The notes: generated by a model from the letters alone, not told the origin. A DNA stretch of 64,000 nt from Octopus vulgaris (GCA_951406725.2 OX597814.1:73284001-73348000), one strand, 5' to 3'; shown: positions 16,096 to 34,837, counted from the stretch's first letter. Translations and numbers: made by a program.

Positions 16096-16403
16096 TTCGG
16101 GAAATTTCGAACCTGTGTTCTCATTCTTAAAGTATTTTTCGATGTTGTTTTTGTTGTTGTTGTTGTTATTATTATTATTCAGGTCACTGCCTGGAATCGA
16201 ACTCGGAATCTTGGGGTTAGTAGCCCACGCTTTTAACCACTACGCCATATGTCCGTGGGAATATGATGTAGTGGTTAAGAGCGCGGGCGACTAACCCCAA
16301 GATTCCGAGTTCGATTCCAGGCAGTGTCCTGGATAATAATAATAATAATAACAACATCGAAAAATACCTTAGGAATGAGAACCCAGGTTCGAAATTTTCC
16401 GAA

Positions 16404-16449
16404 GACACCTGATGAAAGCCGGAGGGTATTTCAGCCGAAACGTTGTGTT
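16404..16449 (+). ncRNA. Minimal hammerhead ribozyme (second arm, stem II partly mutated)
   Basis: GACAC CTGATGA A AGCCG GAGGGTATTT CAGCC GAAA C GTT GTGTT. Confidence 0.68.
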
Positions 16450-16599
16450 AACAACAAACAAGATGAGGACAAATATCCGTCAATTGTAAATAATGCATAT
16501 GTATGTATGTATGTCTGTCTGCTTGTCTGCCAGTCTGTCTGTCTGTCAGTTTGTCTGTCCGTCTATCTGTCTATATATATATGTATGTATGTATGTATG

Positions 16600-17175
16600 T
16601 ACGTTCGAGGGTGGGCTCAAAATTTCATAGGCTGACTATGAAAGAGTGATGCTAGAGCCATGGAATCTTGCATGCATTAATTTCACAACTTGTTAATAAC
16701 TACATTGTTTCTTTTTAGGTAAACTGACATCTGACTGTTCAGAGAACACTTCAAATATATCTAGTAGCGATTTCTCTTGAAAATCGACAAAATTTGGCAT
16801 CATGGTGTTATCAATTACCTGCAGAAAATATCCAACGATATTTATGCTGACATGGTTGCTACATTACGGGACGACGCTCCAGCTTTATAAACAGTGCAAA
16901 AGTGGGAAGCTGAACTTAGGAGGGGAAGGGAGAGTCTCGAAGATGACCCAAGGTCTGGACAGCTTGCAACTGCCACCACCAAAGAAAACATTGACCGTTT
17001 TTCACCACATGCTGATGGATGACAGGCGATTGACCACAAATCAAAAGGGCAATGCTATTAGCATATCTCTTGAGTGAGTTGAGAATATTCTGACGAAGAT
17101 TTCTGCTCGGTGGAATCCACGTCCTCTATCAAAAGCGCACCAGGCTGATCACATCACGGGAAAATCTCATATTGG
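16600..17175 (+). mobile_element. Truncated mariner relic (left end and transposase N-terminus)
   Basis: CGAGGGTGGGCTCAAAATTTCATAGGCTGAC terminus; translated pieces TVQKWEAELRRGRESLEDDPRSG, DRRLT, KISARWNPR (WVPR-like). Confidence 0.8.
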
Positions 17176-17694
17176 GAGTGAACTATTTAAGTAAAAATGA
17201 AGGGTAAATGGAATGAAAAAAAAAAAAAAAACAGCAGTAAGAATAATATGATGAGAAGGTGAAGAAAGCACCAGCAAGAGTGGATAGTAGATAGAGAATA
17301 AAATGTTTGGTTAAAAAAAGGATAAATTAAAATTTTAAAAATCAAATGAATTTACAAAAAATTACAAAAAGAAAATAATGGATTAGGTAACTTGCATTTA
17401 TCTTTTAGGCATCGTACCCATCTTGACCATTGTCTCTCACTATAGAATTAAAGTAATCTAGGGAACTTGCTGAAGAGTTCATTATAGAAATGCTATAATT
17501 TCGCTAATTCCGAACGGGTTGTGGTTGAAATAATGAAGCTTAAAAGTCGTTGCGCAACGTCCTATGTAATAGTGTTTTATTATGGGTTACTATCGTGCAT
17601 TCGTAGACTATGATCTTTTCAAAACATAATTTATTTAATGAATATTCTCTTTATCCTCCATAGTTTATCCTCATTCCTATTACTACCATTTGTG

Positions 17695-17696
17695 TG

Positions 17697-17758
<62 letters not shown>

Positions 17759-17762
17759 CATT

Positions 17763-17794
<32 letters not shown>

Positions 17795-17795
17795 T
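17695..17795. repeat. (TTA)n(TCA)n microsatellite
   Basis: Direct inspection. Confidence 0.95.
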
Positions 17796-20059
17796 GTAAT
17801 TTCTGTTTATATTGTCCTCCCTATTAGTTTTAACATTGATATTATTGTTTGCTATCGTACTTTGGTTTTCGATGCTCGTATTTTCAGTATTTCTCACAAC
17901 ATCTCCACTTCCACTCCCATCATCTTTTCCCTTAATTTTCCCATTACTACCTCTGGTCCACTCGCTACTATTGGTCTTATTACTTCTACTTTGTACCATC
18001 TTCTCATCACCGTCAGTAGATCTAGTATTTATATTCTTGTCACTATTACAATAATTATTGTTATTATTTACTGTATTGCGTAAAACAGTTACTTTCATTC
18101 CTGCCATTTCCGTGGCAAAAAGTGTTGTCTTTTGTACATACCGCACCTGAAGGTTACTCATGTCCAGTGTTTTCTTCTGGTTCGCAACATCAGTAAAAGA
18201 TTTATTGCTGTTTTTGTTGCTTTATTACTAAACTTCAAACTTTCGAGACTAGAGATTATTAAAGCGAGAATGACTTCTATACAAGTGTATGATTGTTCGC
18301 TTACATTTTTCTGTTTTTTTTTTGTTTTTCTTAAACTTTTTCAATATTATTTTCAAAATTTTTTAGATCATATTTATTACTACTACATTTATGGTCAGCA
18401 CTTCTAGCCATCAAGACTTGACCATTTCGAATCACTAGTAAATATTGTTTGCAAAAATGTATTCAATGTCTTCGATAATTGTTATTGTCTCGCCCCAGAA
18501 TAATGGGATAGCCACACAAATGTCCTAAAGCCCTTTGTGGGCAAGGTAAAAAAAATCATCAATCGCAAGTAACATCAATAGCATCATCATCAGAAGCAAC
18601 AACAACAACAAAAGTTTGTTGGGTGTAGTTAGTCGATTAAATAAACTTCTGTATTTGACTGGAAAATTTATAAAACCGATTATGACTGCACTTTAGTATG
18701 AACATAGTTGAATAATTTATCTTCTATTATTTTCTCTGTTGGACTACTTTACACACTAGCAGTATTATGGGAAGCTTCTATAAATTTCTGATTGATTAAA
18801 AATTCACGCTGGATAAAATTGTGAACGCTGACTTTGTACGCCTGTACAGAGGGGTTATATCAAATTCAAGTAAATGAATATCAGTATAAACTAACTGAAG
18901 AATTGATGCCGATTCTATCAAATCGAAATAAATATGCCCTCTATATTTAATGCTTATTGTTGAACGGAAAAGAAAATAAGATGAGATTAATGACTGGACG
19001 AAAGTTAGTGTCAGTGCGACAGAAAGAAACGGTCGATTTGGAAAGTTGAACATTAAATTGTAATGTTGTCTGCTATTCGAATTCAATATTAATTGTCTGG
19101 TGAAATAATTGATTAACATGGTTATGTTAAATGTTGAATTGCTGCCGCATAGACATCGATTGCATAATATTTGATCTTGTTAAAACTAGGTCCAAAAGTA
19201 AAACTCATAGGCATACATCAATTCCGCAGCAGATCTGTATGCCGTAGTTTGGTAAAAAATGTGCGAAGTCAATCAATAATGTGCTGCTCTACCGACCGAA
19301 AGGTCACTAACTACATTCACTGTCGCAGATACATGCGTAATAAAATGAATCGAAAATGGGGATAAGGTTAAAAGAAAGCTTAGTGGTTTCTAACGAATAA
19401 TTGTTACTAACTTTTGTGAGATTAATCTTATATCATTACACTAACTGATACCCTGGTACATAGTTTCACCATTTCAGATAGTACACTGAACAAGAATTGA
19501 TCACTGTGTGGTAAATAGTTAATGTTTGTTATTTGAGTAAAGTAGAATCGATATGAAGAACAACCAAAGTGGTGGATGTGAAGAAGTTCACTTTACATCC
19601 ACCTAGATTCGGGCTTGTTCTCACAGCGGAGCACTTTACATAAGTATCGTCTATTGAAGTCACTGATTGTCCAATGCCTTGTCAGTGAAAGTCGATGGGC
19701 GGAAGCTGTTCGTTTTGTACGTACGTACGTATGTATGTATGTATGTATGTATGTATGTATGTATGTATGTATGTATGTATGTATGTATGTACGCATGTTA
19801 TTATTCAGTTCTATTACAAGATTTCTCGCCAAGAGAGAAAGAGCCGGTTTCTAACCTAGATCCAAGGCCACTTCATTGGAATTTCAGCAACATCTATGGG
19901 GTATTTTTGTATGTATGTATATATATGTGCGGATTTGCATGTTTTGTTTTATGCATGTATTCTCATGCATAAAGTTGCATGTCTAGATATTCTCATATAT
20001 ACTTAAATGATAAACTTCTGGAAAATTTTACAGATTTTTGCAGTTCCACTGATGGCTTG

Positions 20060-24100
<4,041 letters not shown>

Positions 24101-24303
24101 ATGCATGTATAAGTGTGTGTATGTGTGTGTATATGTGTGTGGGTGTTTTCGTGTGTGTTCTCCATTTAATCATTTTATATTCTTTCTCTGAAGAATGAGC
24201 TGGTTTCTAACACAGATACAAAGCCCCATCTTTGGAATGTAGCTAACGAAAACAATGCCGTATGTATGCATGCATGTATCTAAACACGCGCGCACACACA
24301 CAC

Positions 24304-24366
<63 letters not shown>

Positions 24367-24384
24367 TGTATGTATGTATGTATG

Positions 24385-24495
<111 letters not shown>

Positions 24496-24549
24496 GTTTA
24501 AATATTTGTTGTGCAAGATTTTTTATGTGAAGTCGTGTGTTGAAACAGA

Positions 24550-24901
24550 TATTGTTATATTTCGGAATGGTCATTTTGCCAGTTTAGCCAATAAAATATT
24601 ACAGGCATCCCCCACATACACACACTAAATAAACATAAACGCACATAGAGATATAAGCATATGCAAATGAAGACATACAATAGAAATACAAAATGGCTGA
24701 CGGTTAGTAAGGAGAGACACAAATAAGAAAGAAGAAAACAAAGGACCACTGATGCAGTCACAGGAGTGTGACGAAAGAACTCTGGCCGAAATAAGATTAA
24801 GATTAATGTAAAAAATTCATAACTCTGAAGCAAAGTAACACCAAATATATAGAGCGTGTGTTTTTATTGGCTAAACTGGCAAAATGACCATTCCGAAATA
24901 T

Positions 24902-24908
<7 letters not shown>
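24550..24908. mobile_element. Short element with ~47 bp terminal inverted arms and a degenerate hammerhead
   Basis: 24550-24596 inverted at 24862-24908; at 24746-24785 (+) CCA CTGATGC A GTCAC AGGAGT GTGAC GAAA GAAC TC TGG. Confidence 0.62.
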
Positions 24909-24987
<79 letters not shown>

Positions 24988-25449
24988 ACATGTGCGTTTG
25001 TGTGCGTCGAGAACAAACACTTTCTTTACTTCAAAAGTAAACTTATTCGAAAAATATAGTTCAATAAAAGAAGTATTATATTAAGTCATAGGTTCAATGT
25101 AATCGACTCTTGCAAGCAAAGTCCCAGCTGAAGCAGTATTTTAATGGCTAAAGAAATAAATAAAAAGTATTTTAATGGCTAAAGAAAGAATAAAAAATCG
25201 AAACAATCTTTTGATCTCATAAGCCAATTGTGTTCTGTTTAACAAGAAAAAAAAAACTAGTTCAACAAAGGTTTTTGATGCATTACTTAACTTTATTACT
25301 TAATCCATATTACAGTGAATTACAGACAAAAACAGGCCTACTGTGAAATATGTATTTCAGCTGCTAATGTAATTTATCGCTTTATGTTGAGCCTTTTTGT
25401 AACGTTTCCAAATGGTCGTTTAAAGATTCCAAAGGAAGTAATTTCTAAC

Positions 25450-26190
25450 GCTTTTATAAAGGTTGGCTAATAATGTTTACATATATTCTCATTTTCTCTA
25501 TACCTCTCATATTTACTTTCTCATAATTTGGGACTGTAAAGTCAATTATCTGGCACTTTCTATTCTCTTTGTTTACTACTTCCAAATCAGGCCGTCTAGC
25601 TTCTATGTCCCTGTCAATCTGAATGTTAAAATCCCACAACATCTTATAATTCATTAGGTTCTGAGACATGGTTCTCCTGGGATATTATTTAGATGCTTCT
25701 GACATCCCTTTCTTATCATACCTAGGGCACCCACAATAGCAGGAACAGTTCTCGCTTGAAGATGCAACATCTTTTGTATTTCAATTTCCAGGTCATTATA
25801 TTTACTTAATTTGTCAAATTCCTTTACAGATATTTTTTTCATCAGTGAGAACACTTACATTTATTAGTCTATAAGTATTTTCCTCCCTGTCTTTTTCTCC
25901 CTATGTCTGGTGGATTAGCCTGGATCATTCTATTGAAACTGACTGGAAAATCCCAGAGGATATTGACATTTTTACCTTCAACGACTGGCTCAGGATGATG
26001 TTCATACTAGTAAGCAGGAGTGCTGATTTTGTAGAATTTATACATTTTCCAATGTAAATACTATCCTATCGTGGCGATTTTTGTATTCGTTTGGTGTCAG
26101 CATAGGACATCTCGAAACGAGATGGTATATTGTTTCATCAAATTTATTGCAGAATCTGCATTTAGGGTTAGAACTGTTTTGAAGACCGTT
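25450..26190 (-). pseudogene. Two RLE-domain fragments of Dong/R4-like elements
   Basis: MLWDFNIQIDRDIEARRPDLEVVNKENRKCQIIDFTVP; KEFDKLSKYNDLEIEIQKM...PAIVGALG. Confidence 0.8.
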
Positions 26191-26663
26191 AACCTATTAT
26201 TATTAAGATATGTGTATATATATGATTTGAATCATTGTGTATGTATATAATCCTTAACTAGCTATTGTTATTAATCAATAAAGTAAGGTATTAATATGTG
26301 ATCTAAACGAAAATTTTTATTTTATCTGCTATCTGGATCAATATTTTGTCAAGCGAATTACTCTAAATATTTGTTCATAATTCAAAATTTAAAATTCGAA
26401 GCTTACTTCACCTTTAATTCCTCTGATGTAATCTATTATTATTTTTTTAGAATGTAACGAATGGATTCCAAATGTCAAAGGTAGAATTCGAAATTGAATC
26501 CACATTTTCCTGCTGGTTCTCTGACTATAGTTTTCACCTGTTGCACTATGAAATTTATGAGAGAAAACTGACCTCTTAACATTATCAAGTCAAACATTGG
26601 TCAAGGCTGATTAGAGAGGGAAAATCCTTTGTCTAGCTTGACCTAATTTAGTTAGAGAAAATA

Positions 26664-27085
<422 letters not shown>

Positions 27086-28310
27086 AATGAACCTAAAATC
27101 AGTTCTGTCTGTCTTTGGTCATTTAGCCTAAGGACAAGGAGCATCTCTCTTTTTTCTTTCTTCCGGTGCCGATGGAGGAAGCGTCTTTATGCAAGGGACA
27201 ACACAGATCCTACTTTTTCTTTCTGCCTAGATTCTCTTACTCTTTCTCATAAGAAGTTGTTTTCTACATTGTAATGAAAATAATACCGATATAAATACAG
27301 GGCCATCTCATCAATTAACTGATATTGTTCTTCTCCCATTTATTCGGTGTATACTATCGTTATACTTAACCGTTACAAATTGGTGACTACCGACGTTTAT
27401 TGATTGTTATACTTAATCGTTACAAGAACGAAAAAATACCTCAAATGTCATATATTATACCGGAGAAAATTTCATTTGTTTTCACAATATCCTTGAGCAA
27501 TCTTTGAGCAGTGACGTGTATTTTTAGAAGGAAATATTAGTTGACAAATAAATAAGATCTACAAAGTTTATTGTTTGTTTAACGGACCAAAATATATATG
27601 AAATATATGTGTGAAATGCGTATGAAATAACTTAAGCTAAAATGACTAAAAGAATTTTAAAAAGATTGATTATAGTACAGTTAGTCTTACTGCAGACTTT
27701 ACATCCTTGTGTACGCTAGCTTCCAAATGGAGCGATATTTATAATTAGATATACTATAATATATGTATATATTTGTGTTATTTTGGAGAAAAAAAAACGT
27801 GATATGATGGTTATATAACAGGTTTGTTTCGTTCGAAAGAAAACTGATAAATTATTTGAAAGAAAAAATAAGGCCTGTCTGAAAACTATAGATTTAAATC
27901 AATCAAGTAATTATATTATAGCCAATAAGATAAGCAAATAATCAATGTATAAGAAAGCGAAATTGTCCAAAACTGGTGTACAATCAAAGTATGGACTATA
28001 AATTTTATTCTGACACATATGGTTCATCAAAGTGTTGCAGTGCGAAGCTCTCCGATTGATGGCTGTTAGGAGGAACTTATCCACGTCGGTTTAGATAAGC
28101 TGTCGGATACCAGTGATATGGTACTGATATCTTACAATTTCTTGGCAAAAGTCATTGTTATTAATATGGAAGACTTGAAGGTGTAAAGAGAACAGAATTG
28201 TGAGAGATGGTATAAAGCAATGGCTTTGATAGCAACAGTAACAGCATCAGCAGAACCAGCATCAACAGTACTAGCATCAACACTATCAGCAGCAGTGGCA
28301 GTATTAGTAT

Positions 28311-28352
<42 letters not shown>

Positions 28353-29107
28353 ACGAAGAAGAAAAACAACAACAACGAACGAACGAAAAGAAAGGTGAGA
28401 AAGAGGAGAGAAATGTAGTGGAGAATGATATATACACTGGAGAAAATAAGATAAAAATCAGTGAGAGTGTAAACACACACTTTGATAGTTATCGTACTTA
28501 ATATTGTTGTAACGTGTATAGGGCGAAGTGTTATTATGTGAATATAAATTCACAGCACTAGTCACCATTAATCGCTAATTAATCGGACATAAATTTTGGG
28601 GTTTAATTCATATTCGTGTCTAGATACAACAATGTATTACATTCGTAACTGAAATTTCTTAAGTTCGTGTGCAGTTGTGGGCACACCTCTGACGTACACA
28701 GAAAAGTTTTTCCTTGTATTTTGTTGGAACTCTTACGGTCTAAGGACGAAGAAAAATATTTCTTGCACTATGATTTGTTCAAAAGGACAGAAACTCTTCC
28801 CTCAATAACTTACGAAACTAAGAAACATTACAGTCTACCAAAAGTGCAAATTTCTGCCGTCGCACGCAACTACTAGTCTTCTTGGATTCTGTATTTTTTT
28901 ACTATGCATATTACGCATATTGTTTACAGGTGTTCACTATTTAACATTTTATAGTGTAAAGTAGGTGTACAAATTTCGAGATAATATATCTCCTGTTTCC
29001 CCTCACCTACCACCCTTCCACCCTGCCCCTCCAACGTACCATTCTCATATTCATTTGTTTTCTCATATTCATTTGTATGTAAACCACCTTCTTTGTAATA
29101 TTCCCTT

Positions 29108-29330
29108 ATCGGTCAAACGGGACGCCGCTTGGCTGACCGGTTCGTGGAGCACCTCCGAGACATTAGACTCGGCAATGACACCCCGGTCTCGTGCCACATT
29201 CGCTCTACTGGTCATTCATTACAACACCTGTCTGTGTTCGGATTGTCTTTGTACTGAGGCCATCCAGACTCCTGCCTTCGCCGTGAACAAGAATTAATCT
29301 TCGCTCCTTTGTGTCACATGGGCTAAACTC
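29108..29330 (+). pseudogene. GIY-YIG endonuclease C-terminal fragment of a second Penelope-like family
   Basis: Translates IGQTGRRLADRFVEHLRDIRLGNDTPVSCHIRSTGHSLQHLSVFGL..*..RREQELIF. Confidence 0.8.
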
Positions 29331-29439
29331 CCCTTCCCTTCCTTCTTCATCTGACTCCCCTCCTCTCTTCTCTTCATCTGACACCTACTTTCTCTCTTCA
29401 CTCATACCCACCTTCTCTTTTCATTGATACCCTCCATTC

Positions 29440-29700
29440 ACACCCACCCCCACTCCCACATACCTCACACCATCCTCACATCCTCACCCCATCTCCACAT
29501 TCTCACTCCATTCCCACATCCTGACCCCTCCCCACATTCTCACCTACCCCACATCCTCACCCCACATTCTCACCTACCCCACATCCTCACCCCACCCTAC
29601 ATCCTCACTCCACCCCACATCCTCACCCACCCCACATCCTTACCCACCCCACATCCTCACCTCACCCCGCCCCACATCCTCACTCTACCACACACTCCAC
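29440..29700. repeat. C/A-rich minisatellite (CCCCACATCCTCA-like units)
   Basis: Imperfect tandem units. Confidence 0.8.
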
Positions 29701-29953
29701 CATCACGAAAAAAACAAAAGACGAAGACAGGTGGAGTAGAAAACAAACAGATGTATTAGTATAACGCTCAGGAATTGAAATATATATATATATTCGAAAA
29801 AGAAGGGATGACCACTAAGTGGACATCCAATATGCTAGAAATAGATCACCTACGATCTAACCACAAAGAAAAGAATGTTCTCCAGAAAAATTCAGCAAAC
29901 ATCAGAACATAAGCGGGTAAGACAAATGAAAATATATAAAATAAAGAATTAAC

Positions 29954-30008
29954 CGTAGACCGATTTTGCCATCAACTTACGTAAAAACGTCCGTGGCTCT
30001 TCAGTACG
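29954..30008 (-). ncRNA. Degenerate minimal hammerhead
   Basis: CGTA CTGAAGA GCCA (22 nt) TGGC AAAA TCGG TC TACG; G12 is A, consistent with CpG decay. Confidence 0.65.
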
Positions 30009-30205
30009 ACCGTTCTAATTCAATATAATTTGCAGAACTACACCCGAGCTGTCCTCATAAAATTAGACGTGCGTACATTTCTACTGATTACATTGGGGTT
30101 ATTTTCAAATGTCTCAGCTCTGGCGCGCTAAATCCTGGAAACACTTCTGCAGAAGATAATTCACTGCAGTGAATGTTGCCGGTTAGGGAACATGATTATT
30201 TAAAA

Positions 30206-30275
30206 TTTAAATAATGAGGGTGATAAATTGAATATTAATTTAAATTAATATTCAATTTATCACCCTCATTATTTA

Positions 30276-30278
<3 letters not shown>
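30206..30278. repeat. Perfect ~70 bp palindrome
   Basis: TTTAAATAATGAGGGTGATAAATTGAATATTAAT TTAA ATTAATATTCAATTTATCACCCTCATTATTTAAA. Confidence 0.9.
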
Positions 30279-30329
<51 letters not shown>

Positions 30330-30377
30330 AAAGTTTTCGAAACTTTTATTATATATATATTTATTATATATTATATA

Positions 30378-30446
<69 letters not shown>

Positions 30447-30447
<1 letters not shown>

Positions 30448-31256
30448 AAAGTTTTCGAAAAAAATTCTATCAATGGCCAGCATATTAAAAAATACCTCTA
30501 AAGGTTAAATTAATAAACAAGGGCAAAAGAAAAAATTCTAATGTCAAATATGCCGAAAATAGACAAATCGTCAATATCCATATAATTTATCACTATAAGC
30601 ACGCGTATCGAAGTAAGCTGACAGAAATTTCTAAAAAATTCCGTTATTATCGTATTGTTCCCAATTTCAGAATTAATTCATAAGAATTTTCTCCTCGTCA
30701 GCGATAAATACGTATGACATAAACGAAATACTTACTCATACCCATGGAAAAAGCAAGCACTAAGTCCTGAGCAGACCTAAGTACCCCAAATATATCCAAA
30801 ATAGAAATTCTCTAGCACACCTCGAGACACGTGCGATCGGACTGAAAACTCTCATAGAGTGAGAAAGTTCGGAAGTGAACACTATTAAATTTCCATTTAA
30901 TATAGGATAAAATTTTTCGAAAAAAATTCTATCAATTGCCAGCATATTAAAAAAAAAACCCTCTAAAGGTTAAATTTATAAACAACTTATAAACAAGGGC
31001 AAAAGAAAAAAATTCTAATGCCAAATATGCCGAAAATAGACAAATCGTCAATAACCATATCATTTATCACTATAAGGACGCGTCTCGAAGTAAGCCGACA
31101 GAAATTGGGACCAATACGATAATAACAGAATTGTTTTAGAAATTTATGTCGGCTTACTTCGAGACGCGTGCTTATAGTGATAAATTATATGGTTATTGAC
31201 GATTTGTCTATTTTCGGCATATTTGGCGTTAGAATTTTTTTTCTTTTGCCCTTGAT
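30447..31256. mobile_element. Partial-tandem (~460 bp unit) plus inverted element in (TA)n
   Basis: 30447-30630 repeated at 30910-31105, then inverted at 31105-31256; junction at GAAATT microhomology; CTGACGA...CTTC GA(T/G)A CGCG on minus strand. Confidence 0.75.
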
Positions 31257-31285
31257 TATATATATGTTTATATATATATATATAC

Positions 31286-31375
<90 letters not shown>

Positions 31376-31376
<1 letters not shown>

Positions 31377-31970
31377 TGCAGGAGTGGCTGTGTGGTAAGT
31401 AGCTTGATGACTGATGAGTCCAATTCTTGCTTGGAAGTTCCTTCCACAAGTGGGATAGATGGTTCCAGTTAGAAAGTCCTTTCTTGGTTATCCTTGTTTA
31501 TTTTTTCTGCGCTTCATCTTTTCTTTTTGTTCAGCAGTCCTACTAGTCTTAAAAGTTGTTAGTCACTCTTTAATGAAGAATTTCCGCCATTCTCAAGCCT
31601 GAACATTTCTCTCTCATGGTTCCGGGTTCAGTCCCACTGCGTTGCACCTTGGGCAAGTGTCTTCTGCTATAGCCTCGGGCCGACCAAAGCCTTGTGAGTG
31701 GATTTGGTAGACGGAAACTGAAAGAAGCCCGTCGTATATATGTATATATATATATGTGTGCGCGTGTGTATTTGTGTGTCTGTGTTTGTCCCCTAGCATT
31801 GCTTGACAACCGATGCTGGTGTGTTTATGTCCCCGTCACTTAGCGGTTCGGCAAAAGAGACCGATAGTATAAGTACTGGGCTTACAAAGAATAAGTCCCG
31901 GGGTCGAGTTGCTCGACTAAAGGCGGTGCTCCAGCATGGCCACTGAAACAAGCAAAAGAGTAAAAGAGTA
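31376..31970 (+). mobile_element. SINE family B interrupted by a 213 bp inverted insert
   Basis: Head 31376-31406 resumes at CATGGTTCCGGG 31615. Confidence 0.88.
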
Positions 31971-32129
31971 TATATAAACGTATGCAGACAAAATGGTACC
32001 AGTCATTTGCAATGCTTGTCATTGGAACTTATTGAGGTGACCGAGATAGTGACATAAGGGTTGCTTAAAATTTTGTCATTTAAATCCAATGACATGTTTC
32101 ACTATTCATTTCATTTAACTTTTTCTTTT

Positions 32130-33420
32130 TTAAATCCGATGTTGCTATCAGCGTCAAGTGGAAGGAACACTTTGACGATTTGCTGAGCCAACCTGTCACT
32201 TTTGACCAACATGTAGTAAACAACGTCCCAAAAATAACCAGTGGAACATCCCTCAGCAAATGTCCAATCCTAGATGAGACCAGGAAAGTCATGAAAGGAT
32301 GCTGCAGGACCAGCTGGAATACCAACTGAGACCTTAAAATCAAGAGGGAATTTGATTCATCACCAATTTCATCAGCTCCTGACCAAAATTGTGATAAATA
32401 AGGAAATATCACCTGATCTCAGAGATTCAAACCTTACCCGATTGAGGTCCAGGAACAAAACCTCGACATGTTCCGCCATTGAGTTACAATATGCTGACGA
32501 CAAAAGCATTACGGCATTATCCGAAAAAATGAATTACAACAAACACTCAATGCCTTCCAGCAAAGTTACAGAAAATTGGAACTGACCATCCTTTGCAAGA
32601 AGACCCAAGTCATATTCCAATTGTCATCAGTCGAGACAAATGGTACGCAACCAGTTATTGGAATCGAGGGTGTAGTCTTAGAAAGCGTGAATAATTTTCT
32701 GTATCTGGAAAGTTGTCTCTCTTCCAATGATATCGACGACAAAATTCAACATCGTCTCAAAACGAGAGTGTTCTAGGATTGAGACATTCGAACTGACACG
32801 AAAATGATGGTATACAAGCTCCTAGATGGAGCTGGATTACATACAGAAGACACATGAAAGTTCTTTAAATGTACTACCAATGCTGTCTTCGAAGTATCCC
32901 CATGAAGAGGGAAAAAAATCGGTGTGTTGAAAAAAATCCACATGACCGCCATTAAAGCTGTCATCATCCAGAAACAGCTGAGATGGACTAGTCATGTTGT
33001 CCTGATGAAAAATAACCGTTTACCAAAGCAGCTTCTCTACCCTCAACTAAGAGAAAGAAAACGAAGAAGAGGAGGGCAAAAGAGAAGATTCAAAGATGTT
33101 CTGAAAGCCATCTTCAAGAAATGTAATATTGAAATGAGAGAGAAATGTTCAGGCTTGAGAATGGCGGAAATTCTTCATTAAAGAGTGACTAACAACTTTT
33201 AAGACCAGTAGGACTGCTGAACAAAAAGAAAAGATGAAGCGCAGAAAAAATAAACAAGGATAACCAAGAAAGGACTTTCTAACTGGAACCATCTATCCCA
33301 CTTGTGGAAGGAACTTCCAAGCAAGAATTGGACTCATCAGTCATCACAGAATCCATCAATAACTATACAAAGAACAAGAAAAATCCACATCAACCTCGAT
33401 CTTGAGGGATTACCACGACA
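32130..33420 (+). mobile_element. Decayed RTE LINE (RT to 3' end)
   Basis: ELQYADD, KKTQV, FLYLES, QLRWTSHVVLMKNNRLPKQLLYPQL...RRGGQKRRFKDVLK. Confidence 0.85.
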
Positions 33421-33429
33421 ATCTATCTA

Positions 33430-33508
<79 letters not shown>

Positions 33509-33885
33509 GTCTATCTATCTATCTATCTATCTACCTATCTTTCCTTCTGTGTGTGCGCGCGCGCGTCTGTGTATAATCTGAATGAAAAAAATCTATGCCT
33601 AACTCTAACCCAAGCTGCTCCTCAGGGATCCCGTTTCATAATGATCTCGACAGTTTCATTCTCACACAAACAACTCTTAAACACGTGGCCATTACAATAG
33701 TCTATGTTTGTTGTCTGAATTGATATAAAAATTTAATAGGTTTGAGAGAATCCCAACATATGGGGATATTGAACCAAAACAATATCGCTATAATCGAACT
33801 TATCTTATGATTCAGAATCAATAGCGATTGAAACATCATACAGATGTAGTCTGTTTTGTCTTTGTACAACATAAACAAAAGTACG

Positions 33886-34357
<472 letters not shown>

Positions 34358-34591
34358 TAGGGCGGACTACTTGCAGTTTCCACCTATCAAATTCCACTCA
34401 CAAATTAGTCAGCAACTCGACATAACAGTAACCTAATTTGCCGCTCAGTGGGATCGAACCCACTCGGAACCTCTTAACCACAGTTATATTGGTACCTGTG
34501 AGGGTATCTTACATTGAGACAACTATATATTTTTACATGCACACACATGTACACACACATGCATGTATATATGCATATTACTCACACACAC

Positions 34592-34673
<82 letters not shown>

Positions 34674-34837
34674 TGTTATCGCCATATTAATATGGCATTC
34701 TTATAGATATAAGAATAATCGCTGCCGCTGGTCAGCTCCATGAGGCCACCGCCATCAAGATAGCTATTGATACACGATCTGTATCCATTATAACCTTCGA
34801 ACAAGGGAGATCAGCCGCTCACACTGCCAGTCCGACA

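Larger units (their letters stand above)
15961..16496. mobile_element. Head-to-head inverted pair of a tRNA-headed, hammerhead-containing short element
   Basis: Arms ~16003-16250 and ~16262-16495 are reverse complements; each has A/B boxes, an (AAT/AAC)n tract and a hammerhead. Confidence 0.8.

Noticed and set aside
17631-18161. 176 aa Asn/Asp-rich ORF
   Set aside because: Decayed trinucleotide repeats; no domain or splice evidence
31411-31440. CTGATGAGTCC hammerhead-like start
   Set aside because: No stem II or GAAA follows; it is antisense RTE coding sequence
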